A program made the translations under genes and the position numbers. A stretch of 64,000 bases of DNA, from the IMG/VR virus record IMGVR_UViG_3300022602_000026; one strand, 5' to 3'. Below the pieces are notes generated by a model. It saw nothing but the letters and a program-made list of their open reading frames with translations. It searched no databases and was not told the DNA's origin. Positions 1 through 9,573 of this stretch are shown here, one piece after another. This DNA comes from a virus. Its lineage: Duplodnaviria > Caudoviricetes. Every line of letters begins with the position of its first letter. Position 1 is the first letter of the stretch.

Positions 1-1
1 G

Positions 2-271
2 GATTTGGGTATGAATATTGATCCTAGATTCGCAGGGGTTATTATGCAGACTGCGGGCACTATGTTGGGCCATGCAATCACTGCCAAAACTGCCAAAATG
101 GACAAGAAGTTGAGAATGATCAATCTACAGTTGGCCAAAGCTCGATTAGATCATCAAATTAAAAAAGATGCTAAAGTAATTGACGACCCTGAAGAAGCAG
201 TTGACGGCAAAGGCATTGTGCTTGATCGTAATGAACTGCTAAAACAAATCTTAGCAGGCCAAAAGAAATAA
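2..271 (+). CDS. 3' part of a hypothetical protein, possibly small-terminase-like (open at window start)
   Basis: Frame open from window edge; helical with C-terminal LDRNELLKQIL; lies in head/packaging region. Confidence 0.35.
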   Translation, partial: DLGMNIDPRFAGVIMQTAGTMLGHAITAKTAKMDKKLRMINLQLAKARLDHQIKKDAKVIDDPEEAVDGKGIVLDRNELLKQILAGQKK

Positions 272-304
272 ACTTTAATAAATATAGTAATAGGATAACA
301 CACT

Positions 305-955
305 ATGCCAGTAACACAATCATACCAAAATTACTACTTCAATGCAAAGAAATTGTATGAATTTCGCATCAAAGTAGCTAATTTAGACATCACTAACAAA
401 GCAATAATGGAAGCCATTAAAAATGCTTTGAATGCCTACGAAGTAGAATCAATTTCTGCACCAAAACGTTTGCCCATACAAGAACACAAGGACTTTGGAA
501 AATTAGGTCCCTGTGAAGTTTATGTGGTTGATGTAGCAGTAAACTACCCAACTATAGCCGAACAAGTTCGTCAGTTAGTTATCAATCGTGCACGGGTTCC
601 TAACCATTGTGTATGTGTTGAAACATTAAATCAAGCCGAACAAGAAGACGAAGTCAATGCTAAAATTTTAGAGCAAGGCGAAGGTGGCCCTATAATTGAA
701 AACCCAGAACTAAAAGAAGCTCCTGGAGGTCAAGAAATCGCTGGACAACGACGAGTGGACAGTCTACTAAAAGATCTAGCCAAACGACCACAAATGTCAA
801 GAGCATACGAGGTGTCGGGCACAGATACTACCATTGGTGGCGACAAGCAATCATCATATGGCAAGACAACAAACGATTTACCAATGGGAGATAAGACTCC
901 TATGACACAACAAAACAAAGTTTACCAAGGCAGTAAAGGATTGAAACTAAAATGA
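305..955 (+). CDS. Hypothetical protein (head module)
   Basis: 216-aa ORF, TAAATA late motif and AGGA upstream. Confidence 0.75.
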   Translation: MPVTQSYQNYYFNAKKLYEFRIKVANLDITNKAIMEAIKNALNAYEVESISAPKRLPIQEHKDFGKLGPCEVYVVDVAVNYPTIAEQVRQLVINRARVPNHCVCVETLNQAEQEDEVNAKILEQGEGGPIIENPELKEAPGGQEIAGQRRVDSLLKDLAKRPQMSRAYEVSGTDTTIGGDKQSSYGKTTNDLPMGDKTPMTQQNKVYQGSKGLKLK

Positions 956-2889
956 GCAGCAACAACATGTACAACATTCTAAACACATTAAAAAGTTTAG
1001 AGCCCACTCCCGAACAAACAGTTAAAGAAACTGCTCGTCGTATCTATGAAAGCGTGGAAGCGCAGGGCAGTATTACTGCAGGTGTTACATCTGTTGAACA
1101 AACACTAAGCGAAAAGTACATGGGCTTTAAAAAAACTGCAGCCGCAGTGGCAAAAAATCCCAAGGTACGTGATCCTGAAGCAGTGGCTGCCTCAATTGGT
1201 CGTAAAAAATATGGTAAGGACGCATTCCAAAAGGCTGCTGCCAAAGGCAAAAAGATGCACGAATCACAACATGTTCCAATTGGTCAACAAATGGCAAATG
1301 ATGGTATTACATACAGTCGTGAAAAAGAACGGGAACTTATTGATTTAATGGCTCAATACATGAAGAAAGATGGAATGAGCCCAAAATCAATTCGTTATTA
1401 CCTAAGCTATGACGAAGATTATATTCCTGATCAATTAGGTTACTTGCCAAGAGAGCAAGGTATGGCAGAAGGCGCAAAGCCCGACTTCCTTGATTTAGAT
1501 CACGACGGTAATGAAAAAGAGTCAATGAAAAAAGCTGCTAAGGATAATGTACGTGTGCACAAAGGCACATACGGTACAAGTTATGATCCTAGCGACGAAG
1601 AGAAAAAAGACAAGCCCAAACGTGAAATCAAACACGGACAAAAAGGTCGCCCAAAAGCCGAAAAGCCACTAGATTCTAAATCAGCCCCAAAAGGCGATAT
1701 CTTTGGACGTACTACAGGTGATGTGCCAAAAGGTAAAAAAGGCACACGTGTCAAGGGCAAAGACATGGTGGACGAAGTTATAACAAAGAAAACACCAGCT
1801 GGTGATATTATACATGACTTCATGCATAGCAAAAACAAAAAGTTTGCTGGCAAGAGCAAAGAGCAACGTAAGAACCAAGCACTAGGTGCTTACTATGGTA
1901 TGCATCCTGAAAAGAGCAACGAAAGCGTGACCGAAAGCACCAAGTACAAAAAGCAAAACTTCATGTTTGAAAGTTTTAACTTTGCCAACATGATGAAAGA
2001 AACAGATCAAACTGTTCAAGAAATGTTGACCGAGTTACAAAGCGACATTGCTAACTTTAAACTAACTGGCGAGTGCAGTCCAAAACTAGATGCGTTCTTA
2101 CGTGTACATGGACATAGCAAAAAGCAATTGGCCGATGAAGCCAAAATGCCCAAAGTATTGGACAAAATTGGTAGCGCAGTTAAAACAGGTTGGGAAAAAG
2201 TAAGCCATCCCGATGATGACGCAATGCTGGACAAACTGTACAAAGATACATTACCACCCGGAGCAAGTAGTGCTCCTGACAACGCACATGATGAGTTGGA
2301 TGAACTAGCACAACTAGCTGGTATCACTGATGAAGGTAATGCGTTTACTGGCAAGCTGGCCAAGACTGCACACGGTGACAGTTTTGACCTAGATGGTAAA
2401 ACTTACAAAGATACAAGTCAACTTGATGAAGAAACATGCAACGAATGTGGCATGTACGAAAGCCAATGTAGTTGCACAGAAGGTAACTTGTTTACTAAGA
2501 AATTGGCACAAACACCCAAAGGTGGCGAATTTGAGCTAGATGGTAAACAGTACAAAGACACAAGCAATTTAGATGAAACTTCAATGAAGTTAGAAGACAT
2601 TGCTCGACTAGCAGGTATTGCAGTAGAAGGTAAAGACTACGGTGATACAAGTTTCAATGAAGCACCCACATATGACAATACTCCCAACGAAGAAGTGCAA
2701 GGTGAAGATGTATTGTTAAAAGGTGGCGATGGCGAAGTTGCTGGCCAAGAAAAGAAAATGGCCAAAGATGGTGCAGCACGCTTCAGTGACAACCCACTTG
2801 CAATGAAAGAAGCCGCAACTTTTGATCCAATTGAAGCAATGGGCCGTAAGTTGATGAAACAATACGAGAGTATTAAACTACAAAAATGA
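952..2889 (+). CDS. Large charged hypothetical protein, candidate internal head/ejection protein
   Basis: 645 aa, K/E/D rich, 33-aa internal duplication (2332-2430, 2479-2577), two LxxLAGI motifs. Confidence 0.7.
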   Translation: MSSNNMYNILNTLKSLEPTPEQTVKETARRIYESVEAQGSITAGVTSVEQTLSEKYMGFKKTAAAVAKNPKVRDPEAVAASIGRKKYGKDAFQKAAAKGKKMHESQHVPIGQQMANDGITYSREKERELIDLMAQYMKKDGMSPKSIRYYLSYDEDYIPDQLGYLPREQGMAEGAKPDFLDLDHDGNEKESMKKAAKDNVRVHKGTYGTSYDPSDEEKKDKPKREIKHGQKGRPKAEKPLDSKSAPKGDIFGRTTGDVPKGKKGTRVKGKDMVDEVITKKTPAGDIIHDFMHSKNKKFAGKSKEQRKNQALGAYYGMHPEKSNESVTESTKYKKQNFMFESFNFANMMKETDQTVQEMLTELQSDIANFKLTGECSPKLDAFLRVHGHSKKQLADEAKMPKVLDKIGSAVKTGWEKVSHPDDDAMLDKLYKDTLPPGASSAPDNAHDELDELAQLAGITDEGNAFTGKLAKTAHGDSFDLDGKTYKDTSQLDEETCNECGMYESQCSCTEGNLFTKKLAQTPKGGEFELDGKQYKDTSNLDETSMKLEDIARLAGIAVEGKDYGDTSFNEAPTYDNTPNEEVQGEDVLLKGGDGEVAGQEKKMAKDGAARFSDNPLAMKEAATFDPIEAMGRKLMKQYESIKLQK

Positions 2890-3329
2890 AAACATTTTTA
2901 GATTACTTGGCCGAAGCCGAAGGACGACAACTGACCGAAAGCAACGGTCCCGACGATATTCCAGCGGATCCGGACAAGCTACACGGGCCACATGTGTCGG
3001 CATTGAACGGAGCAATATCAACTCCTGACATCAGTAACAATAAGTCATTTGGCCGTCAATACACTCAAATGCGTTATTTTATTGCCTTAGCTGGTGCACA
3101 CAGTGACAAAGACAAGAGTGAAGAAATGGATCCGATTGGAGCATTTGCTGGCGATCCTTTGGCTCTAGGCTACACCGATGAAGAAGATCGAATGATTCAA
3201 AATGCTCTCGACATGGTCAATGGTGGACGTGCACTACCAATGGGCAACAATCGTAGTACCGAACATTCAGATGTTTATAAAGTAAGTCCACATCGCAATC
3301 CTGGACCAATTAAACTAAATCGCAAATGA
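2886..3329 (+). CDS. Hypothetical protein, paralog of next ORF
   Basis: 147 aa, ATGA-coupled, ends SPHRNPGPIKLNRK. Confidence 0.75.
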   Translation: MKTFLDYLAEAEGRQLTESNGPDDIPADPDKLHGPHVSALNGAISTPDISNNKSFGRQYTQMRYFIALAGAHSDKDKSEEMDPIGAFAGDPLALGYTDEEDRMIQNALDMVNGGRALPMGNNRSTEHSDVYKVSPHRNPGPIKLNRK

Positions 3330-3709
3330 AAATAAACGAGATCATTCGAGAAGGTAGAGGCCCGGTTGGCGAACATCCCGACCATGCCAAACATGCCAAT
3401 ACCGGCGAGTGGCAATTTCGTGACGTTGGCGGTTGGTATCCCACGTATAATCTAAATCGTGTCATGATGGCAGCCGGCATGTCTGATGGAAGCAACAAAA
3501 AGATAGAAATAGATCCGGCCAGTTGGGTCAGTGTGTTCAACGTGGCTCGTCCCTATAGCGATATCGAACACAAAATGATGCAACAGGCATTCAAAGCCAT
3601 TGGCAGTGAAGTTTATCATACCGAAGCAGACCACAAGAGCAAAGAACATCCCGAGACACATAATCGAAGCCCACATCGCAATCCCGGCCCTATTAAATTA
3701 CGAAAATGA
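3326..3709 (+). CDS. Hypothetical protein, paralog of previous ORF
   Basis: 127 aa, ends SPHRNPGPIKLRK. Confidence 0.75.
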   Translation: MKINEIIREGRGPVGEHPDHAKHANTGEWQFRDVGGWYPTYNLNRVMMAAGMSDGSNKKIEIDPASWVSVFNVARPYSDIEHKMMQQAFKAIGSEVYHTEADHKSKEHPETHNRSPHRNPGPIKLRK

Positions 3710-4095
3710 AACAGATACGCATAACTTCTGAACACTTTGTGCCCCGGGGCGAACAAGGTTATCCCGACGCCGGCATGGATCCTGCAGATTTGCGTAGACT
3801 AAAGCAACTGGCCGGAGTTCCTGTTAACGAGGACTATTATCAAGCCGGTGGGCACGATCCTGCAATAGATACTCCCAACAATAACGATCAAGCAATGCCA
3901 AGTGTATTAGGCGGCATTGGCAATAAGAACGTCACTGACAAACGCAAAATAGAAAAAGAAAAAGGCATCAAGCCTGGTAGTGATGAATGGTTTAAACTTT
4001 GGTTTGCAAAGCCATTATTAACCGGAGAAAAGCCGGTGGGTGATGCACCGGCTCCGCGTATAGATCGAATGACTAAAAAACCCTCTAGCGACTAG
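3706..4095 (+). CDS. Hypothetical protein
   Basis: 129 aa, ATGA-coupled, LKQLAGV motif. Confidence 0.7.
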   Translation: MKQIRITSEHFVPRGEQGYPDAGMDPADLRRLKQLAGVPVNEDYYQAGGHDPAIDTPNNNDQAMPSVLGGIGNKNVTDKRKIEKEKGIKPGSDEWFKLWFAKPLLTGEKPVGDAPAPRIDRMTKKPSSD

Positions 4096-4621
4096 CTACT
4101 TTTTTGTCAGTACCCAAGTATTGATTCCATGACTCTTGCCGTACTGTAAATGGCATTTCTTTCCACTTTTTAACTAAAGCATAGTAGTCGGGCTTGTAGG
4201 GCCTAATACGAGGCAGGATGTTGGTCTTACTGCCCTTATTAAAGTTACAGGTCTTGCAAGCAGTCACACAGTTAGTCCAATTGGTCTTACCACCACTAAC
4301 ACGTGGTAAAACGTGATCAATAGTTAAATCTTCAAAATCAAACACATCATTACAGTACTGGCATTGAAACAGGTCACGCAGGTACATGTTGTAACGACTA
4401 AATCTAACTCCTTTCTTGAAATGAAAGTAATCTTTGGTAACACATACGCTGGGAACATTGATGGTCAAATGCTCAGAACGGATTAACCAATCTGGGTAAG
4501 TTTCCAGTACATTAACTCTGCCCAAAAACATAAGTTTAATGGCATGTTGCCAGTTGATTACACTCAGAGGCAGGATTGAAATTGGTTCGTAGTTGCTGTT
4601 GAGCAACAAAGTATCACTCAT
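4085..4621 (-). CDS. HNH endonuclease (McrA-like)
   Basis: RDLFQCQYC...LTIDHVLPRVSGGKTNWTNCVTACKTCN; GAGG RBS. Confidence 0.9.
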   Translation of the reverse strand: MSDTLLLNSNYEPISILPLSVINWQHAIKLMFLGRVNVLETYPDWLIRSEHLTINVPSVCVTKDYFHFKKGVRFSRYNMYLRDLFQCQYCNDVFDFEDLTIDHVLPRVSGGKTNWTNCVTACKTCNFNKGSKTNILPRIRPYKPDYYALVKKWKEMPFTVRQESWNQYLGTDKKVASR

Positions 4622-4682
4622 TTTGATTACCTCTTTTTGAAATGGTGTTAAATATACTTATATTATATAGCAAAAATCATTT

Positions 4683-6245
4683 ATGAGCAAAGAATTAGAA
4701 ACCGCAATTATACGTAGCCCTTATAAGGCCTTGAGTATGACTGAGGAACAGATCCTTGAGTTTGCTCGATGTGCCGATCCAGTAACCGGTCCCAAATACT
4801 TCATGACCAATTACTTTTATATCCAACATCCTACCAAGGGAAGTATCCAGTACAAGCCGTACGAATATCAGGTACGCCTAATAGATGCTTATCATAACAA
4901 TAGATTCTCAATAAGTCTAATGCCTAGACAAACAGGTAAGACCATCAGTGCCGCAGGATACTTGTTGTGGTTTGCTATGTTTGTTCCGGATAGTACCATT
5001 CTTGTTGCGGCGCACAAGTATTTGGGTGCACAGGAGATTATGCAACGTATAAGATACAGTTATGAAAACTGTCCGGACTTTATACGTGCCGGTGTTACCA
5101 GTTATAACAAAGGTAGCCTGGACTTTGAAAACGGTAGTCGCATAGTAAGTCAAACAACAACCGAAAACACCGGTCGTGGTATGTCCATATCGCTCCTGTA
5201 CTGTGACGAGTTTGCGTTCGTACGGCCCACTATTGCAAGTGAATTTTGGACTGCGATTACACCAACATTATCAACTGGTGGTAAGTGTATTATTACAAGT
5301 ACCCCCAACTCAGATGAAGATCAGTTTGCACAGATATGGCGAGTTGCCAACGACACATTTGATGCCAATGGCAATACAACTGCTTTGGGCAAAAACGGAT
5401 TCAAAGCATTTACCAGCAAGTGGCAGGAAACTCCCGGCAGAGATCAAGCCTGGGCCGACCAAATGAAATCCCAACTTGGCGAAGAACGTTTCCGTCGTGA
5501 AATGGAATGTGAATTCATTATTTTCGACGAGACCTTGATCAATCCGCTTAAACTTGTAGAGATGTCGGGTATAGAGCCTATAGAAAAACAAGGACAAGTG
5601 CGCTGGTACAAGAAGCCCACTAAGGGCAACATATATGTAGTGGCATTAGATCCCAGTTTGGGTACAGGTGGTGATCCTGCAGCAATGCAGATTGTTGAAT
5701 TGCCCAGTATGATGCAAGTTGGCGAATGGCGTGACAATAAAACTCCGGTTCAACGACAAGTTAGAATATTACAAGAAGTAACACAACATATCTTTGACTG
5801 CACCGGAATAGAAACCGATATCTATTACAGTGTAGAAAATAATACCCTAGGTGAAGCTGCCTTGGTAGAAATTAGCAATATCGGCGAAGAAAAGATTCGT
5901 GGTATATTTTTACATGAGCCAGCCAGAAGCGGAACAGGAAGAAGTTACCGCAAAGGATTTACAACACTAAACAAGTCAAAAATTGCGGCCTGTAGTAAAT
6001 TAAAAAATTGGGTAGAAACCACCAAGCTCAAACTAGCAAGTAAGATGTTAATCAGCGAGCTAAAGAATTTTGTAGCCAAAGGTACCAGTTTTGAAGCAAA
6101 AATTGGAGAAACTGACGATTTGGTAATGGCCATGTTGTTGGCAATTAGAATGATGCAACTGATACAGAACTTTGACTCGGCAATTGATGAAAAATTACGC
6201 AGCGATGAAGAGTTCGTTTCCCCTATGCCTTTTATAATGATGTAA
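4683..6245 (+). CDS. terL: Terminase large subunit (T4 gp17-like)
   Basis: Walker A PRQTGKT, TTTENTGRG, Walker B DEFAF, nuclease ALDPSLGTGGD and DDLVMA. Confidence 0.95.
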   Translation: MSKELETAIIRSPYKALSMTEEQILEFARCADPVTGPKYFMTNYFYIQHPTKGSIQYKPYEYQVRLIDAYHNNRFSISLMPRQTGKTISAAGYLLWFAMFVPDSTILVAAHKYLGAQEIMQRIRYSYENCPDFIRAGVTSYNKGSLDFENGSRIVSQTTTENTGRGMSISLLYCDEFAFVRPTIASEFWTAITPTLSTGGKCIITSTPNSDEDQFAQIWRVANDTFDANGNTTALGKNGFKAFTSKWQETPGRDQAWADQMKSQLGEERFRREMECEFIIFDETLINPLKLVEMSGIEPIEKQGQVRWYKKPTKGNIYVVALDPSLGTGGDPAAMQIVELPSMMQVGEWRDNKTPVQRQVRILQEVTQHIFDCTGIETDIYYSVENNTLGEAALVEISNIGEEKIRGIFLHEPARSGTGRSYRKGFTTLNKSKIAACSKLKNWVETTKLKLASKMLISELKNFVAKGTSFEAKIGETDDLVMAMLLAIRMMQLIQNFDSAIDEKLRSDEEFVSPMPFIMM

Positions 6246-6277
6246 AAGCATAAATAACAAATATACCAGAGACTAAT

Positions 6278-7771
6278 ATGGCCCGTGAAGTAGAAGCAAT
6301 AGCATCAGCATTATTTGATAAAATTCGTACCAGATTCGACGACGTGAGACTGGGCGACGAAAAAAGCAAAGCCACCACAGATCCGGAAAAAGCTCGTTTT
6401 GTTAATTTTGATTACAAAGTTGATGGTAACAAAGTTGGCACTATCACAATCAGTTTAATTGACGAAAACAGTTTAAAAGTCTACTATGGACAGAACATTG
6501 TTGACAATCTCAAGAAGATTGACGATGGCACGGCCGAAATACAATGGTATAAATTTTTACGAGGTTTACGTGGATTTGCCAAACGTAACCTATTGAGCTT
6601 TGATGCACGTGATATTGCCAAAAAGAATTTGCAAATCAAAGATGTCAAACAACAGAGCAAGGCCGACTCTACATTGGACACCGATGATATAGCAGTGAAC
6701 GAAAGTCGTATGCACGGCACTAGTCGTAGTAGCTATCAAGAGTGTGGTCCGGTTAGAATTATTGTGCGCCACACTGACAATGTTGATGAAGAAAAGCGCG
6801 GAGCACGAGCACGTAATATCGAGTCGGTATTTATCGAAACACACCTAGGCGAGCGCAGACTGTTGCCGTTCAAGAACTTGCACGGTGCCAGAGCAATGGC
6901 ACAACACATGAGCCAAGGTGGCGATGTGTATGACGAGCTAGGTGAAGGCATTACCAACATGGTAACAGAAATGGAAGCCATGCGACATTTTGTACGTGGA
7001 GCGGTCCGTAGACAATTTGAAGATGCCGAAACTGGTGAAATGGCACATGCTGCTGTCGGCAGATATAATCAATTAAAGCATCAACTTAGACACATTGGCG
7101 GACGTCGTGGTTATGGGGATTATAAATTAGAATCTTATAGCTCAGAATCACACGATGACGAAGATATAAATTTACAAGAGCTACGTGATCGTTTTGCCAA
7201 AAAAGTTTACAATGATCGATTTGACGAAGCGTTACCATACGTATATAGAGCTTATATGAAACACAAACAACAAGAAACACCAATGGCCGAAGAATTTGAG
7301 TCTTGGGCCAACGAAGTCACTGAGGGAAGTTGGGCATTGCCCGATCAAGATGAAGAAGTTCAAGATCTAGATAAAATCATGACTCAACCTTTGGAAGTTG
7401 GCTCCGAAGCAGAAAATGCCACCGGTGTACTATACAACATAATTGGCGACGATACTTTGTTTGACAAATTGCACATGCTGGCCAGCGCCGAAGGCCCCGA
7501 TGCCGATGCACGCGGAGTGGTAATCGAGTGGTTACGTGACCACAGTTATACCGAATTAGCCGATAGATACGATCAACAGTACACTCAAAATACTGCACCG
7601 TTGCAGGCCCAAGCACAACAAAACCAACAAGATGCAGCCATGCAACAGGCCCAAGCACAGGGACAGGGCATGGTTGGCGCTCCTGGAACCGACCCCAGTG
7701 CAGTTAAGCCCGCAGCCGAAAGTGCAGATCCACTCGAATTCATGCGTAGATTGGCTGGATTAAATAAATAA
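6278..7771 (+). CDS. Conserved hypothetical phage protein
   Basis: 497-aa ORF, Q-rich tail, ends MRRLAGLNK. Confidence 0.75.
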   Translation: MAREVEAIASALFDKIRTRFDDVRLGDEKSKATTDPEKARFVNFDYKVDGNKVGTITISLIDENSLKVYYGQNIVDNLKKIDDGTAEIQWYKFLRGLRGFAKRNLLSFDARDIAKKNLQIKDVKQQSKADSTLDTDDIAVNESRMHGTSRSSYQECGPVRIIVRHTDNVDEEKRGARARNIESVFIETHLGERRLLPFKNLHGARAMAQHMSQGGDVYDELGEGITNMVTEMEAMRHFVRGAVRRQFEDAETGEMAHAAVGRYNQLKHQLRHIGGRRGYGDYKLESYSSESHDDEDINLQELRDRFAKKVYNDRFDEALPYVYRAYMKHKQQETPMAEEFESWANEVTEGSWALPDQDEEVQDLDKIMTQPLEVGSEAENATGVLYNIIGDDTLFDKLHMLASAEGPDADARGVVIEWLRDHSYTELADRYDQQYTQNTAPLQAQAQQNQQDAAMQQAQAQGQGMVGAPGTDPSAVKPAAESADPLEFMRRLAGLNK

Positions 7772-7786
7772 ATAAATAAATAAATA
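7761..7786 (+). repeat. (TAAA)6 microsatellite forming stacked TAAATA late-promoter motifs
   Basis: Six TAAA units plus TA, upstream of AAGGA RBS and ATG 7803. Confidence 0.85.
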
Positions 7787-7802
7787 TATAAAAGGAATAA
7801 AA

Positions 7803-8378
7803 ATGGACCCAAGATTTTTTAGAAAATATTCAAACTTAGTTGAGGCTGCAGAAAAAGATTTATCAGTTCAACAACTGGACGAAGGCTTAATGGACACGTT
7901 ACAAGCGCCAATGAAAAAATTGGCAAATGCTATCATGAGCAAACTTGATCCACAAACTTTACAAGGCTTGCAACAAGCATACCAGGCCAGCGGTGGCGAT
8001 CGTGACAAAATGATGGCAACAATTGGTATTACCAAACAAGACCTGGCACCATTGGTCAAAAAAGCCCAACCCGGTCAAGCCCCTGGTCAACCCGCACCGG
8101 TCAACGAAGATTGGAACAATAGCTCGTTGAAAGGAAAAATTCTAACAGTGCTCATGAATGTTTTACCATTAACTGGAGTACTAGATTTATTATCTGGTGG
8201 ACATATTGGCTTTGGAATGATGGGAGACGGCATCATGACTGCTATATGGTATGTGGTAAGTGCTGCTTTGGTTTGGGGTTGTGGACACTATGACTTTACC
8301 GACAACGCAAATGCCAAACCTGGTCAAGCACCTGCTGCAGGCGGATTGTCTACTGGAATGGGACAAGGTAGCTTCTAA
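7803..8378 (+). CDS. Hypothetical protein with C-terminal hydrophobic hairpin
   Basis: 191 aa; two hydrophobic segments flanked by PGQAP repeats. Confidence 0.7.
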   Translation: MDPRFFRKYSNLVEAAEKDLSVQQLDEGLMDTLQAPMKKLANAIMSKLDPQTLQGLQQAYQASGGDRDKMMATIGITKQDLAPLVKKAQPGQAPGQPAPVNEDWNNSSLKGKILTVLMNVLPLTGVLDLLSGGHIGFGMMGDGIMTAIWYVVSAALVWGCGHYDFTDNANAKPGQAPAAGGLSTGMGQGSF

Positions 8379-8400
8379 ACTATTTTTGAGCATTCGTCCA

Positions 8401-8425
8401 AAGGCACAAAAATTTGTGCCTTTTT
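8401..8425 (+). terminator. Intrinsic terminator
   Basis: aaggcacaaa-aa-tttgtgcctt hairpin followed by T run. Confidence 0.7.
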
Positions 8426-8427
8426 CC

Positions 8428-8456
8428 TTGACTAGGCATAAATATTATTATACAAT
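8428..8456 (+). promoter_or_regulatory. Sigma70 promoter with nested TAAATA late motif
   Basis: TTGACT-17-TACAAT. Confidence 0.75.
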
Positions 8457-8516
8457 GCGGGAGTGCATTGTATATTTAGGCACAAAACATTAAGGCACAT
8501 TATTAAGGAGAACATT

Positions 8517-9515
8517 ATGGCCATGACATTAGCAGAAATTCGCGCAAAACTACAAGCGAACGAGAACCGCGGTAGCGGTAAAACACAAGGCGACAACGCC
8601 ATTTACGCACACTGGAACATTCCAGAAAACACAACGGCTCGCGTAAGATTCCTTCCCGACGCAAATACAAAAAATTCCTTCTTTTGGGTAGAACGTGCAA
8701 TGATTCGTTTACCATTTGCCGGCATTAAAGGCCAAGCAGATAGTAAAATGGTTAATGTACAAGTACCTTGCATGGAAATGTGGGGCGAGGCATGTCCAAT
8801 CTTGGCCGAAGTACGTCCTTGGTTTAAGGATCCCAATCTTGAAGAAATGGGACGTAAGTATTGGAAGAAGCGTAGTTACTTGTTCCAAGGCTTTGTAAGA
8901 GAAAACCCAATTGGAGATGACAAGACTCCAGAAAATCCAATACGTAGATTTATCATCAGCCCACAGATCTTTAACTTGATCAAGAACGCCCTGATGGATC
9001 CCGACATGGAGAACTTGCCCACAGACTATAGTGCTGGACTTGACTTTAACATTAAGAAGACAAGCAAGGGTGGCTATGCAGACTACAACACATCAACATG
9101 GGCACGTAAAGAAACTGCTCTTAATGCTGATGAAGCTGAAGCAATTGAAAAGTTTGGTTTGTATGACTTACAAGACTTTTTGCCCAAGAAGCCAACAGAC
9201 GTTGAATTGAAAGTAATCAAGGAAATGTTTGAAGCCAGTGTAGATGGACAACCTTACGATCCCGATCGTTGGGCCAACTACTACAAGCCAAGTGGCTTTA
9301 AAGGCGGTGACGGTGTAGATGCCGACGCATTGCCAGCAGCAACTCCAGTTGCTCAAGCCAAGCCTGCAGTGGTAGCATCTGCTCCAGTAGAGCCAGATGA
9401 TATAGAGGATGATGTTCCGGTAGCAACTGCTCCGGTAGCAACACCAGCAGCAAAGCCATCAAGTCAAAAAGCCGAAGACATTTTGGCAATGATTCGAAAC
9501 CGTAAATCTACATAA
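8517..9515 (+). CDS. ssDNA-binding protein (T4 gp32-like)
   Basis: ARVRFLP, YWKKRSYL, GLDFNIKKTSKGGYADY; start set at 8517 by AAGGAG RBS. Confidence 0.9.
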   Translation: MAMTLAEIRAKLQANENRGSGKTQGDNAIYAHWNIPENTTARVRFLPDANTKNSFFWVERAMIRLPFAGIKGQADSKMVNVQVPCMEMWGEACPILAEVRPWFKDPNLEEMGRKYWKKRSYLFQGFVRENPIGDDKTPENPIRRFIISPQIFNLIKNALMDPDMENLPTDYSAGLDFNIKKTSKGGYADYNTSTWARKETALNADEAEAIEKFGLYDLQDFLPKKPTDVELKVIKEMFEASVDGQPYDPDRWANYYKPSGFKGGDGVDADALPAATPVAQAKPAVVASAPVEPDDIEDDVPVATAPVATPAAKPSSQKAEDILAMIRNRKST

Positions 9516-9573
9516 ACAGTAGATGCTTGTGTCGGGTAGGGTACGGTCCCTACCTATTTCTTGTTTTACTTAA

